A DNA stretch of 64,000 nt from Octopus sinensis (GCF_006345805.1 NC_043001.1:23932001-23996000); one strand, 5' to 3'. Numbered from the stretch's first letter, positions 12,209 through 25,834 are shown. Notes: generated from the letters alone by a model not told the origin. Numbers and translations are program-made.

Positions 12209-12575
12209 CTAGCAGTATTGCCCGGCGTTGCTCGGGTTTGTAAGGGAAATAACTATATAAGCATTTTTAGAGAGTTATAGCCAGAAAATGCATTAAAAAT
12301 GGAAAAAAAAATTATGGTAAATTTTTTAAAAAATCGTTGACTCATCGTAGACATTTTTAGAGAGTTACTTCCCTTATATAATAGCGAAAAAAATGATGGT
12401 AATTTTTTTAAAATCGTAGACTCATCGTAGACGCGCGCTAATACCCAGAAGGGCTCGATATGAATCACGACTATAAGATACCCGGTTTTGGTTAAACTGC
12501 ATCGCAAAATGTGGGAGTAGTTAGGAATCTAAATCGTAGGAGACAGACACACAACTTCTCTTTTATATATAAAGA
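12209..12575 (-). mobile_element. Non-autonomous Helitron
   Basis: Minus strand: A|TC start, 3' hairpin CCCGAGCAACGCCGGG then CTAG|T; inserted between A and T with no TSD. Confidence 0.85.
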
Positions 12576-12684
12576 TGTACTTGTATTAGAAATTTAAATT
12601 GTGTAGCAGACGATATCTATCTTTTGTTTTTCTGCTACACGTTGTTTGATATTTTCCCAATAATAATGAATTGATATAAACATA

Positions 12685-12829
12685 AGGCGAAGGAGTGGCA
12701 ATGTGGTAAGTAGCGTGCTTACCAATCACTTGGTTCCGGGTTCAGTCCCCCTACGCGGCACCATGGGTAAGTGTCTTCTACTTACCAAAGCCTTGTGAGT
12801 GAATTTGGTAGACGGGAACAAGAAGCCCG

Positions 12830-12893
<64 letters not shown>

Positions 12894-13103
12894 TTGTGTG
12901 TCTGTGTTTGTCCCCCTAGCATTGCTTGACAACCGATGCTGGTGTGTTTACATCCCCGTCACTTAGCGGTTCGGCAAAAGAGACCGATAGAATAAGTACT
13001 GGGCTTACAAAGAATAAGTCCCGGGGTCGATTTGCTCGACTAAAAGGTGGTGCTCCAGCATGGCCGCAGTCAAATGACTGAAACAAGTAAAAGAGTAAAA
13101 GAG
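12685..13103 (+). mobile_element. SINE-B, full length with central (TA)n
   Basis: Complete family match; partial second 3' half follows at 13110-13290. Confidence 0.9.
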
Positions 13104-13290
13104 TAATATATATATATATGTTTGTATGTTTAGGTTTGTCCCCCCCCCACCATCGCTTGACAACCTATGTTGGTGTGTTTACCGATAGAATAAGTACTAG
13201 GCTTACAAAGAATAAGTTCTGGGGTCGGTTTGCTCCACTAAAGGCGGTGCTCCAGCATAGCCGCAGTTAAATGACTGGAACAAATGAATC

Positions 13291-13795
13291 TTTTCTACTC
13301 TAGGCACAAAGCTCGAAATTTTTTTTGGGGGGGGACCAGTCAATTAGATCGATCCCAGTACACAACTGGTACTTAATTTATCGACCCCGAAAGGCAAAGT
13401 CGGCCTCGGTGGAATTTGAATTCAGAACATAAAGACAGACGAAATATCGCTAGGCATTTCGCCCGGCGTGCTAACGTTTCTTATTTCTTTACTGCCCACA
13501 TGGGGCTACACACAGAGGGGACAAACAAGAACAGACAAAGGGATTAAGTCGATTACATCGACCCCAATGCCTAACTGGTACTTAATTTATCGACCCCGAA
13601 GGGATGAAAGGCAAGGTCGACCTCGGCGGAATTTGAACTCAGAACGTAACGGCAGACGAAATACCGCTAAGCATTTCGCCCGGCGTGCTAACGTTTCTGC
13701 CAGCTCGCCGCCTTTTTACGGCAGACGAAATACCGCTAAGCATTTCGCCCGGCGTGCTAACACGGTTCTGCCAGATGGCCGCCTTTGCTAACGTT
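13291..13795 (-). mobile_element. SINE-A multimer with duplicated head
   Basis: Two body copies plus repeated GGCAGACGAAATACCGCTAAGCATTTCGCCCGGCGTGCTAAC. Confidence 0.85.
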
Positions 13796-14239
13796 TCTGA
13801 ATAAAAGAAAATAGATACGCAAGCACCAATAGATAGAACGTCAAGTCTACTTCAGGATGGAGAAAATGTATTCCATTTCAAATAAAATGTTAGATCAAGC
13901 AAAACAAGTGGCTCGAGGCTATTTTTTTGGTATAATAGATATTAGTCTGTAATAGAAATATAACTCGCAGGGTTGATTATATCTACCCGTTAAGCAATAT
14001 ACTTAAATGTGCTGAAATCTCTGTTAAACGAATATAAAAACGATTCCTTCAATGTATTCAGTTCAAGAAAGATTTAACCTCGCTTTGTGAACTCAGATGA
14101 TTATATTATGATTCTTATAGTCTGGGAAAAACGGAAAATGAATAATTTCCGAGATACGAATATGAAATAGAACACAATTTAAAAAACATTAACGATCATA
14201 ATATAGATAAAGGATTGTGTGATATTTTATAATTCTTTT

Positions 14240-14528
14240 TTTTATTTATTTATGCGCCCTTTTCAAGCCTAGCCAGGCTCATGTGCCCGGTTTCCCTGTT
14301 TCTATGGCGTATGTGTTCCCCCCAGCTGGACGGGACGCCAGTCCATCGCAGCGTTACCCAAGAAACAGGAAGAAAGAGTGAGAGAAAGTTGTGGTGAAAG
14401 AGTACAACAGGGGTTGCCACCACCTCCTGCCGGAGCCTCGTGAAGCTTTAGGTGTTTTCGCTCAATAAACACACGCAACGCCTGGTCTGGGAATCGAAAC
14501 CGCGATCCTTCGACCGCGAGTCCGCTCC
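14240..14528 (-). mobile_element. SINE-C with tail type 2, abutting a SINE-B fragment (14529-14710)
   Basis: Body GGTCTGGGAATCGAAACCGCG; tail GGACGGGACGCCAGTCC also at 63190 and 55760. Confidence 0.8.
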
Positions 14529-14778
14529 CCTGTGGCCATGCTGGAGCACCGCCTTAAAGAAATCGATTAGTCAAAGAAATCGATCCCAGAGCTTATTCTT
14601 TATAAGCCTAGTACTTGTTCTCTCGGTCTCTTTTGCTGAAGCGTTAAGTTACGGGGACGTAAACACACTAACTTCGGTTGTCAAGCGGTGATGGCGGTGA
14701 GGGGGACAAATGCATGCACATAAATATATATTCATATAGATATATATACATATACACACATACATATATATATATACA

Positions 14779-14809
<31 letters not shown>

Positions 14810-15299
14810 CAAAGCATCTCATCAATACAAGCATATAAGAAAATGTGAGAATAAGGAGTAATTATCGTGATGCACCCTCGTGCATTAAATACGGTGATGT
14901 ACCCCTGAAATGGCCATAGGGAATGTAAATATGATTTCTTCTTTTTTGCTTGGACACTGGCTTTTAACAATAGGTTTCCCTTATCTTGAAAAGTAATATT
15001 TAATCCAAAAAATTTCTAAACGATGAACTTTTATATTACCTTATATATTATATATTATTTATTTATGTTTCCTATGTATATGTATTTTTATATCTTTTTA
15101 TATATCTATATATTTATATATTTCTTTATATTTTTATGTATTTATTATTCTAGATGTTGTAATGTTAAAAAATATATATCTTTTTAGTCGCTAAAGTATT
15201 AATCATTAACTTTTAACCGCGATGGACTGTATTCACACATTTTTCTTATATTTTTCTTATATGCTTGTATTGATGAGTTGTGTTTCATCTTCCGTGATT

Positions 15300-16311
15300 T
15301 TATGTGGATATGATGTCATCTTCACTGCGATACTGGTTTCCAACCAAATGTTTTTTTTTCATGTTGGGGAAGCAACGTTAGTCAGATGGGACCAAGTCAG
15401 GAGAACAGTGTGGCTGATCAACCAAAGCCACATTTACACAGAGTAGCCATTGAAATCAAGGACTTGTGTGCTGGAGCATCGTCCTGATGAAACAATACCC
15501 CTTTCGTCAACTTCCCTGGCCGTTTAGTCTTGATAGCCTTTCACAATTGCTTAACAAATTAACATAACACTCTCCGTTAATGGAATGGCCCTTTGGAAGA
15601 TAGTCTATAAACATAATGCTTTTGCATCCCAAAAAACTGAGGTCATCACCTGGAGATGAAACAGCCTTACTCTTCTTTGGAGCTGATGAGAAGGAGTAGT
15701 TCCACTACATAAATTATGACTTCGTCTCTGGCTCAGAGTGTTGAAACCAAAACTCATGCTTGTTTAGCAAACGCCCAAGGAAACCAACTGGGTCTACTTC
15801 GAACAATGTCAGATTTTCCCATGATGTGATCAGCCTGGTGCACTTTTGATCAGGTGTCAGAAACTCTCGTCACACCAAGTTCATTGTGCAGAACATTTTC
15901 AACTCTCACGGGATATGCTTATAGCATTGACTATTCGATTTATAACCAATCGTCTGTCAACCGTCACCATGTGGTGAACATGATCAATGTTTTCCTTGTT
16001 GGTGGCAGTTGCAGGATATCTGGCCGTTGGGTGATCTTCAAAACTCTCCCTTCAGCTCCCCACTTCCATGTCAGCACGAATGTTCCTGGGGGCTAAACCC
16101 CTTTTCTGCAGGTACATGACAACATCACGATGCCAATTTTGGTCAATATTTGAAGAAGTTGCGGCTAGTTACTTTTGATGTCTTCTTTGTACAGACAGGT
16201 GTCAGTTTACCTAGAAAGAAACAATGTAGTTATGAATAATAAAAAAAGTTGAAATTAATGCATACAAGATTTCACAGCGCTAACATAGCCAGCCTATGGA
16301 CCCCCCTCGTA
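15300..16311 (-). mobile_element. Decayed mariner (Tc1/mariner) transposon; transposase pseudogene
   Basis: Minus-strand remnants LTPDQKCTRLITSWENLTLFEVDP, KVMTSVFWDAK, LFHQDDAPAHKSL with stops and frameshifts; TIR ...CCTATGGACCCCCCTCG followed by TA. Confidence 0.9.
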
Positions 16312-16384
16312 TGTTAAGACAGTACAAAGAGATTTTATCCATCCACGATGAGCTTTAACAATAAACCAGATAAACATCACAATC

Positions 16385-16620
16385 AGTGAAAAAATCGTAA
16401 AAATTAGGGATTTTCATAGAAAAAAGCACATTTTTGATGTAAATAATTTTTAGTGTTAACATGGTCCGATTTGAAATTATCTTCTACGGAAGGAAGAACA
16501 ACCCTTCTTCTACCATACTCTCAATTTTGGTCAACTTGTGCCGCAGGGTCTCGGAGGAGATAATGTTAGTTGAAGGCTACCAAACCTGGCGCACACATAC
16601 AACTTCAGCTTTATTATAGA
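16385..16620 (-). mobile_element. Helitron-like 5' fragment
   Basis: Minus start TCTATAATAAAGCTGAAGTTGTATGTG resembles the 12575 element's 5' end; no 3' end found. Confidence 0.45.
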
Positions 16621-17393
16621 GAGAGATAACACACACACATTAATACACATACATACACACACACACATGTATGTATGGATGTATGTATGTATATATGTAC
16701 ATCTGGATGTAGGTATGTATATATGTACATCTGTCCACTTCTTGCCCTATTTTTATCCTTCACTTCCTACACACACACACACACACACACACCACACACA
16801 CACACACACACACACTCACACACACAGACACACACACACATGCACACACACACACCTTCTTAGCTTACAATTTCTTTCTTTCAACAATTGACTGAAGTAC
16901 GCTTGCAAATTAATACTACGAAAACTTAGCGACAGAAAGTAAATTAAAAACCAATTTACCTTTTCTGTTGAGTTATCATGGCAATTCGACCGTCTGATTC
17001 CCTTAAATCCGTCTCTTTTCTACAACTGAACTTAGTTCCTATCGTTTCTTAAAGTCCTTTGTGAAATCTAGGAGTGTTTTTTTTTGTTATTTCTCGAGAA
17101 AATTTTGTTTCCTCGACACTAAAAACTAACGGGAAGTAGACAACAGTCCTAGTACAATTGGTGTAATAGTGTAACTCATAATGTGAGCGGCTAGCATCTA
17201 CTCACCATATGTCAGTGAATTGTTGGTGTGTGTTTGCAAATGTGTTCGAATGAGAAAGTGAATTGTGTTTGGCGCCTTTTTTTACTAATAACAAACACAC
17301 ACGTGTGTGTGTGTTTGAGTGTTTGTATGTAGTTGTTTGAAACGTTTGTGTTTGTCACTGTCATATATGTATATGTTTGCGTGTCTATGTGTG

Positions 17394-17851
17394 TAAAGAG
17401 AAAGTAGAAGAAAGTGTGGTAATAGAAGGAATAAAGCATTTGAAGTGAGAGAGGGAAATCGTAAAATATTGAGTTTTCTCGAATTATTGCTTAATTGGGG
17501 GTCAAATTGAAAGAAATTTATATGCCATGACCCAGTGGAATGTACTTCGAAAAATCATAGGTAAATTCTAATTGAAGAAATTGTGTGAGGAGTAAATCGT
17601 TATGTATTTATTTGTTTCTGTTTCCTCTGTATTTTTTTGAGTAGTGGTTTAAGATACACTTGCAAAGAGAAAGTAGGTGAAAGTGTGGTAATAGATGGAG
17701 TGAAGCACTTGAAATGAGAGAGGCAAATCGTAAAATATTTAGTTTTCTCGAATTTTTGCTTAATTGGGGGTCAAATTGAAAACAATTTATATGCCATGAC
17801 CCAATCGAATCTACTTCGAAAAATCATAGGTAAATTCCAATTGAAGAAATT
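17394..17851. repeat. Tandem duplication of about 190 bp (17394-17582 and 17662-17851)
   Basis: Shared GTTTTCTCGAAT..TGCTTAATTGGGGGTCAAATTGAAA..TATGCCATGACCCA..ACTTCGAAAAATCATAGGTAAATTC. Confidence 0.9.
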
Positions 17852-18142
17852 CTATATTGTACAATTGTATTAAAAAGAAACATAGTCACAGGCAGAGAAA
17901 ATCTGCCTTTTATCATAAGAGATAAGAGATATCAATCAACCAATAAAGGAAAATATGGTCACATAAATATTTATGACTAGTCTACCATTTACTAAGAACA
18001 AACAAGAAAAGTCAAAAGAATATTAACTCATTGTTATATAGGCTATAAGTTCAAGTCGAGAGAAGACGTTTTGTTTTATTTCGGGCAAGAAAATTTTTAA
18101 TCTCTGAACTTTATCATCTTGGAATTTAAACTCCATTTTAAT

Positions 18143-18281
18143 TCTCTTGTGTCTGGGGAGAGTCATTTTCTTTTTGTGCCTTATAATATAACACACTCAC
18201 CGGTAAAATTTCCACTTTTTCCTTATTTTTATTTTCCTAAAATTTTCGTTGCGTCTTGCAACTTTTTCAATAGTTTTGACT
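18143..18281. mobile_element. Short PLE-related fragment flanked by a 12-bp direct repeat
   Basis: Homologous to 9816-9918; CTCCATTTTAAT at 18131-18142 and 18282-18293. Confidence 0.7.
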
Positions 18282-18599
18282 CTCCATTTTAATCTTCTGT
18301 CGAAAGATGTTGCATAGGGTGACAATTGTCATATACCCCGTTAACAAAAGAATTTTGTAGCACTTCTCCATCGTTATTATTTCCAATACCATAGGAACGG
18401 AACAATAGCTAGCTTGCCTTTTTCATACGGGAGTTCTATGGCCCTTGTAGTTTACACCATCATCCACCTTAAGGCGCAAGCAACACTAACTAAAGAGATT
18501 TGTTCGGTACTCTCAGCATATTGTTTGAAAAGTCTGGAGTACATTCATATCGATCAATTAAATCGACTTTACTACTTGACTGGTAGTTTAGGGTAGTAC

Positions 18600-19060
18600 C
18601 ATCTATGTCAAAACAGGCATCTTACGGGTCAAACGCAATCTCTCATTTGCTATTTTTTGAGAAGTCTTAGCCACAATTGTGTTAGCTGTTCAATGAAATA
18701 AAATGGAGTTAAGAAATAATTCAAAGGGAAAGCTATGAAACTGTAAGCTACTGTTTACATGGATGATATAAAAATGTATGCAAAGAGTGATGGCGTCGAC
18801 AGTCTCCTGAACAATATAACTGTATTCAGCGAATGAACACAGAATTGGAATTTGTTAAATTGTTGTCCTGACAAAAAGTAATAAAAACGAAAGTGTGAAA
18901 GGACTCAACTGAGGTTATGAGAACATTGGCGAAATCGATATCAGTAAAGATTAGCACAATAGATTCATAACAACAAATGGAAGAATGACAACGGAAAGAA
19001 TATTATCGACATATATGATTGTAATAGGAACGAAGCTGAGCTCTCGCAAGAAAAAAAAGG
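18600..19060 (+). mobile_element. Decayed R4/Dong-like non-LTR RT fragment
   Basis: YMDDIKMYAKSDGVDSLLNNITVFS near 18765-18835 matches the RT catalytic YMDD context of R4-like clades. Confidence 0.7.
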
Positions 19061-19139
19061 CTATTTATTATATTCATGCACACACGTTCACAAAGGTATA
19101 CATACACACAAAGACACACACTTATGCATATATATATAT

Positions 19140-19172
<33 letters not shown>

Positions 19173-19226
19173 GCACACTCACACACACATATATATGTAT
19201 ACACTTATATATGTATATGTATTTGC

Positions 19227-19259
<33 letters not shown>

Positions 19260-19293
19260 ATATATATGTACAATACATACATACATATATACA

Positions 19294-19490
19294 GTGGAGG
19301 CTTAATGGTTAGAGAATTGGACTTATGATCATAAGATTGTGGTTTCGATTCCTGAACCGAGCGACGTGCTGTGTTCTTTAGCAAAACACTTCCTTTCATG
19401 TTGCTCCAGTCCACTCAGCTGGCAAAAATAAGTAATCTTGCGTCGGACCCATGAAACCGGTGTGACTCGAGAAGGAAACCTTTTTATCTA
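19294..19490 (+). mobile_element. SINE family E (tRNA head, CORE-like)
   Basis: GGTTTCGATTCC B box, GTGTTCTTTAGCAAAACACTT; related copy at 55636-55850. Confidence 0.7.
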
Positions 19491-19558
19491 TAAATGTATT
19501 AAATAATAATAATAATAATAATAATAATAATTAATTCTTTTATAATAATAATAATAAT

Positions 19559-19872
19559 GGAGCATCATAGCCATGTATTGAGAAGAATTCTTTGGGGTTT
19601 GGGTAATTCACCTCTGGAGACATGAGTTTTTCATTCTACATCCTTAAACAACCCTTATTCAAGGTCCTTTTGAGTGGGATGGGCTACTCGACTTGAAAAA
19701 ATTCTAACTGGGCTCCACCTGCAAGGTCATGCGCTGTTTATCTTAATATGAGATCCCCATGTTGCGCACATGCGGTTGTGATGCATGTACCAGGTGTACC
19801 CTTATTAGACAAGTAGTTATGATGGGTATACTGGGCTCCGGATATTTGATGGCATGCACTGCTCTCTCACTC
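19559..19872 (+). mobile_element. 5'-truncated retroposon embedded in (AAT)n
   Basis: Matches the 3' part of 53471-54018; both flanks are (AAT)n. Confidence 0.8.
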
Positions 19873-19922
<50 letters not shown>

Positions 19923-21253
19923 TAATAATATCAACGAGAAGCAAAGATTTTGTAGCTGTTGCAGTTTCTGTTGATCTCTTCTTCGCTGTATGCTAGCCTC
20001 ATTTGAGTAGTGAATCCCTGAAGAGGTTTTAAAGCTACCGTGTAACTGCTGCATTTTACGCACAGTATTCTCATGGTTTTTAATTCTGCATCCACTATGG
20101 AGCGGAGCTCCGAAATGGCTCTGTATTATTTGACTGTCAAGTCATTAGGACTTGCATATCCAAGTTGATCCAAACGGACCACATATTCCTGCCTATTTTG
20201 GTACTTGCCATCTACCGTGGCATAGAAATAAGACATTGTCGCTAACATCCCTTACCAAGAACCTTCTTTTACATTCCATCAAGAATTGGGGCCCAATTCT
20301 TTGGTTAAGTGTTCGGTGTACTAACCATCCTGTTTTTATATCTCATCTTCAGTCTAGAATAGTATGCACACCGTTCCAAAGACTGTACCTCATGAGAAAT
20401 ACTTCCTGAAATTAGGCGTGGGAGAATACGAGAGAGAATTTTTATAAATAAACTTATGCTATTTATGAGAAATGTTTTTGTGACACTTTGAAAAAAAAAT
20501 AGTAGTCAGAGGACTCTGAGTTTGAATGTCGAGTTATTATACTAGCTTTATTTTATCACTACTGGGTGATAGCTTGTCTCAGGCACTATATTTAATATTG
20601 TCCATGAAACCGCTACTTTTTAAAGCACCAGTATAGTATCTAGAAGCGGTGTTGCAAATTTGTAAAAATATATTTCTAGCCTAAGTTAAAATATATTTCA
20701 GATAGAGGGGAAATCTCTTAATATAATGTAATAGTTCATTAGGTTTCATGAAGGGTGAGGATTGTCAAAAATATATTGCCTCCAGATTAGCTTCAATTAG
20801 ACTGAATTAGTGGAAAAAATTATGAGCGCCTTTTTTAAGATCTTTTGTTTGATTGCTAAAATTTCTGAGTGTTAATAATCCACAATTTCAGTTAAACTTC
20901 CAGAGAATAGAAGGAAACTTAGTATGTAGAAAATTTTGGAATATAAAATCCAACTATATTGATTATGTAGATAATATTGTCGCAAGACTGAACAGAATCT
21001 CTTGCAAGAAAAAAATATCAACCTCCGTCGCCATAATCAGTGATGATTACGTTGAATAAGTTGGTAACATCATGTAAAATAGTTTCTGTAATAGAAAGAT
21101 AAATAGGCGCTGGTATCGTAATTCGCTAAAACAGCAGCCATCTTTTTTAGGAAATGTTTGAAATCGAGTAATTACGGAATCAAAGTTTTTCGAAAGGAAT
21201 AAATTTGACGCTAGCCAAATTTTGGATATTATCTTAACCAGAATATGCTTCCT

Positions 21254-21486
21254 AGGCAGTGAGCTGGCAGAATCGTTAGCACGCCGGGCGAAATGCTTAG
21301 CGGTATTTCGCCTGCCGTTACGTTCTGAGTTCAAATTCTGCCAGGTTCGACTTTGCCGTTCATCCTTTCGGGGTCGATAAATGAAGTACCAGTTACGCAC
21401 TGGGGTCGATGTAATCGACTTAATCCCTTTGTCTGTCCTTGTCTGTCCCCTCTATGTTTAGCTCCTTGTGGGCAATAAAGAAATAA
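21254..21486 (+). mobile_element. SINE-A, full length with 13-bp TSD
   Basis: GAATATGCTTCCT (21241) / GAATATGTTTCCT (21487). Confidence 0.9.
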
Positions 21487-22589
21487 GAATATGTTTCCTA
21501 ATATTGCTGGTCTCTACTCTTGTGGGATTAAAAATGTTGTTGAGGGAGGTGTTCACAAAATAAGGCTCCTGATCCCAACTTTTCCTCCTTTCATAATAAG
21601 CCCACTGTTTCCTATGTTGAGATTCACGTTAGCTGCATAGTTGATCTATTTATCCGAGGTGGCTACCCAAACATTCTTTTCCAAGAGGCTCCTTTCCGTA
21701 CCCATGCTATCAACCGTAGTTCCGCCCTTACGCTTCGCGTCCATTCAAACCCACCAATTTTCTATCCTTTTACCACGAAATCTTCAAATCGTCTCCGTTA
21801 CCTCTCTGATCACTCCATTCAGCATCTTCTTCGTCTTTGGTAAAGTTTCCATCACAGAATCTCCTGCCTCTTACTTCTAGAAAGAACAAGTGTCTTCTAT
21901 TTAAAGGCTTTCTATATTTGCGGTTTAAATTCTTATCCTCTGTTCATCTAAACTATATGTCCTCTGTCCAGCTCCAGAATTACACACGTGTGCCTCTCTA
22001 CTCTTTTCTCTTTCTTTCTCTCCAAACTGTCCGACTCAAATTCCCACCCCCACCCGAACCCACTCTTTCCACTCCTTTACATACACCTCCCACATACACA
22101 TACCTTCTTTCTCCAGTCACTTCAGGCACAGACAAGCACTCTTTGCTTAAACATGCAGTTATACATATGCACATCCTTACAAGCCTTTTACTTATAGTTT
22201 TGGTTATTTTGATAGATACACGCACTCGGTTTGGCACTTGGGCACAGACACACACACACACACAAACTCTTCGTCAGAAATATAGAAAAAGTCCAAAGAA
22301 GGGAAGACGGAGGAAGAAAATCGCCAAAGATACACACGTGGTCACATATTGAAATGACCGGAAGGGAATGGGTGAAGAAAAAGTTCTTTCAAAGACAGGA
22401 GAGTGCAAGAGAAGGAGGTATGTGTGTGTATGTGATGGTATGTGCGTGCGTGCAGGTCTGTGTGTGTAATGATAGCACGTGTGTGTGTGTGTTTGTGTGT
22501 GGTTGTGGCTGTTTATCTATGTGTGTGGTTGGGTTTAGTATCGCTTAAGGTCATAGGAAGAATTTATTGTAACAATTTTGGTAGGAGTG

Positions 22590-24115
22590 GCTGCCTGTTG
22601 TGTGTCTACCTACACATGTGCGTAGGAGAATGGTCAGTAGAAGGTATTTGTAGTTTGAAGTATGTGTGCGTGCGTGTATGTATATGCAATGTGTGTGTTT
22701 TGTTTGCAGTGTATGTGTGTGTATGTATGTGTGTGTACGTGTGGGTATGTGTGTACGCGTTGGGATGTGTATGTGGAATATCTGTACTTTACTCTGTGTA
22801 TGTGTACGTGTGTGCTTGTATGTGTGTGTGTGTGTACATGTATGTATAATTGTGTGCGTGTATGTATGAGCGTGTGCTGTGTGTGTGTTTGGGAGGTATG
22901 TATGGGTTCATTTGCGTGTGCGTGTGTGTGTATGTGTGCGCGTGTGTATATATGTGTGTGTGTGTGTGAGTGTATGTGCGTGTGTACATGTGTGTGTATG
23001 TGCGTGTGTATTGTGTGTGCGTGCATGTGCATTTGTGTGAACGAGGGATTGTGTAGGAGGTATAGGTGCGTTTTTTGCGCGTGTATACATGCGCGCGTGT
23101 GTGTGCGTGTGTGTGTGCGTGTGTGTGCGTGTGTGTGCGTGTGTGTGCGTGTGTGTGTGTGCGTGTACATGTGTATGTGCGTGTAGTTGTGTGTGCATGT
23201 ATGTGTGCGTGTGTATGTGTGTGCGTTTGTGCGTATATGGGCGTATATACGTGTATGCGTGGGGTTGTGAGTGTTAGGTATGCGTGCATTCGTGTGCGTG
23301 CGTGCGTGCGTATGTGTGCGCATGTGTGTGTGCATGTGTGTATGTGTCTATATGTGTTTGCGTATATGTATGTGTGTGTGCGTGTATGTATATATTGTGT
23401 GTGTATGTATATGTATGTGTGTATATGTGAATTTGTGTATGCGTGTATGCGAGGGTTGTGTGGGGGGTATGTGTAGGCGTAAGTGTGCGTACCTATGTGT
23501 ATATGCGTGCGTGCGTGTGCTTGCATGCGTGTGCTTACGTGCGTGTGTGCGTGTGTTTTTTTGCCCATATGTGTGTAATTGTGTGCGTGTCTGTATGTGT
23601 ATTGTGTGTGTTGGAAGTATATGTGCGAACATGTACTAGTGTGTGTGTATGTACGTATGTATATGCATTTGTGCCTGTGTGTATGTTAGTGTGTATATGT
23701 GCATGTGTGTGTGTGCGCGTGTGTGCATGTATGTATGTGCGTGCGTGTGTATCTGTGTGCATGAACGTGGAGATGTGTGTCGGGTTATTGTGTATTTTGT
23801 TGCTTGTATGCACGTGTGCTTGAGTATGTATGTGTATGTCGTTGTGTGTACGTTTATGTGTGTGTGTGGTGTGTGTATAGGTATATGTGTCTGTGTGTGC
23901 GTGGGGTTGTGTGGGTCAGGTGTCTGTGCATTTCTGTGCGTGTGTATGTGTGTGTGTGTGTGGAAGTATGTGTGTGTATATGTGCATGTATGTGTGTTGT
24001 ATGTGTGTGGTGTGTGTGGGAAGTATATGTGCGTTCATGTGTGTGCACGGGTGGGTGTGTTCGTGTGTGTGTGCGTGTGTGGATAAGTACGTATGTGTGT
24101 ATATGCGTGCGTGTA
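22590..24115. repeat. 1.5-kb complex (GT/GC/AT)n purine-pyrimidine tract
   Basis: Directly visible; source of the long HT/CV ORFs. Confidence 0.95.
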
Positions 24116-24292
24116 TATAGAAATGAAAGATTATAAAAATCAAGGTTGAAAGGAGATAAAGAAATTAATGCAATATAAATGGCGCAATTACAAGAAAAAA
24201 TGAAAAATGAAAAATGAAAAATGAAAAATGAAATAAGGGAATGGACACACCCACACACACACATATATATATATATGTATATATAATATATA

Positions 24293-24363
<71 letters not shown>

Positions 24364-24645
24364 AAAATCAAGTTGATTTACCATTAAAAAATAGACGAAA
24401 CGATGCTTGTATAAGGTATTACAGGGTAAATGTTTTTTAAATTTTCTCCTGGTTTACGGAATTAATATCGTTTTGCGGTTGAAGCCTTGGCTGCTATTTC
24501 TAGTGGGTTGAACGGCCTATTATGGCCGTTCCTAAATTTTGCTGTTGAATTTATTAATGGTCTCTGACTATTTACTTTTTTCCCACTAGGCCGCTGGTGG
24601 CAAATAATTTCTGCTGAATTTTTTTGCCACCCTATATTGATTAAT

Positions 24646-24679
<34 letters not shown>

Positions 24680-24845
24680 CACATACGACGGGCTTCTTTC
24701 AGTTTCAATCCTCCAAATCTACTCACAAGGCATTGGTCGGCCCGAGGCCATAGTAGACGACACTTGCCCAATGTGCCACGCAGTGGGACTGAACCCGGAA
24801 TTATGTGGTTGGGAAGCAAGCTTCTTACAACACAGCCACTCCTAT
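24680..24845 (-). mobile_element. SINE-B 5' half
   Basis: GACACTTGCCCAATGTGCCACGCAGTGGGACTGAACCCGG. Confidence 0.8.
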
Positions 24846-24871
24846 ACATACACACACGCACACAAACGCAC

Positions 24872-24902
<31 letters not shown>

Positions 24903-24980
24903 CGCGCGCATGTATGTGTGTGTGTGTATATATATATATATATTTATATACATATACCTACTTACATGCATATATATAAA

Positions 24981-25048
<68 letters not shown>

Positions 25049-25057
25049 CATCCATCC

Positions 25058-25117
<60 letters not shown>

Positions 25118-25539
25118 CTATATATATATATATATATATATATGTCTGTCTGACTGTCTGTCGGTATGTGTGCATGTATGCGTGTATGTATAAAGGCAGT
25201 GACCTAGAAAGAGAGAAAAAGAGTGTGATTCAGAAAGAGAGAAGAAATAAGAGAAATATAGAAGGAAAAAAATAAATGAAAAGTGATGTGTTTTTGTCCA
25301 AAGCACGCGGCAAACAATTATCGTTTATTGCCAGCTTTAACACATGTTGTAGAACAGCGAAGAATGAAACATTAATTATTTATCGCTAATCAGGAGCTCA
25401 ATTTATTTCCTCTTATTTCGTGTTTTTACTTTCTCTCTCTTTGACTCTTGTCTCTTCTCGGTTTTTTGTTTGTTTGTTTCCTCGTGTTTTTCTCTGTTTG
25501 TAACGTTTCTATGACACGTCCTTTCACTCTGTGCCTGTC

Positions 25540-25603
<64 letters not shown>

Positions 25604-25834
25604 CAAACACATACACTAACACGACTCTCGTCGTCACATCTGTATCGATTTCTCTCCCTTTCAAACGCGTCTCTTATCCTATCTTAACTCACGCGGTCAA
25701 GTATTCACACTTTCACTCTTCGCGTATTCCGAAAAGAAGAAAAAAAGACCCCCCCTCCAAAAAAACAACAACAACAACAACAACAACAACAAAGAAACGA
25801 AAAACAACAACAACAAACAAAACAAAACAAAACA

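Noticed and set aside
20018-20045. CTGAAGA GGT..ACC hammerhead-like start
   Set aside because: GAAA replaced by GTGT; no stem I or III.
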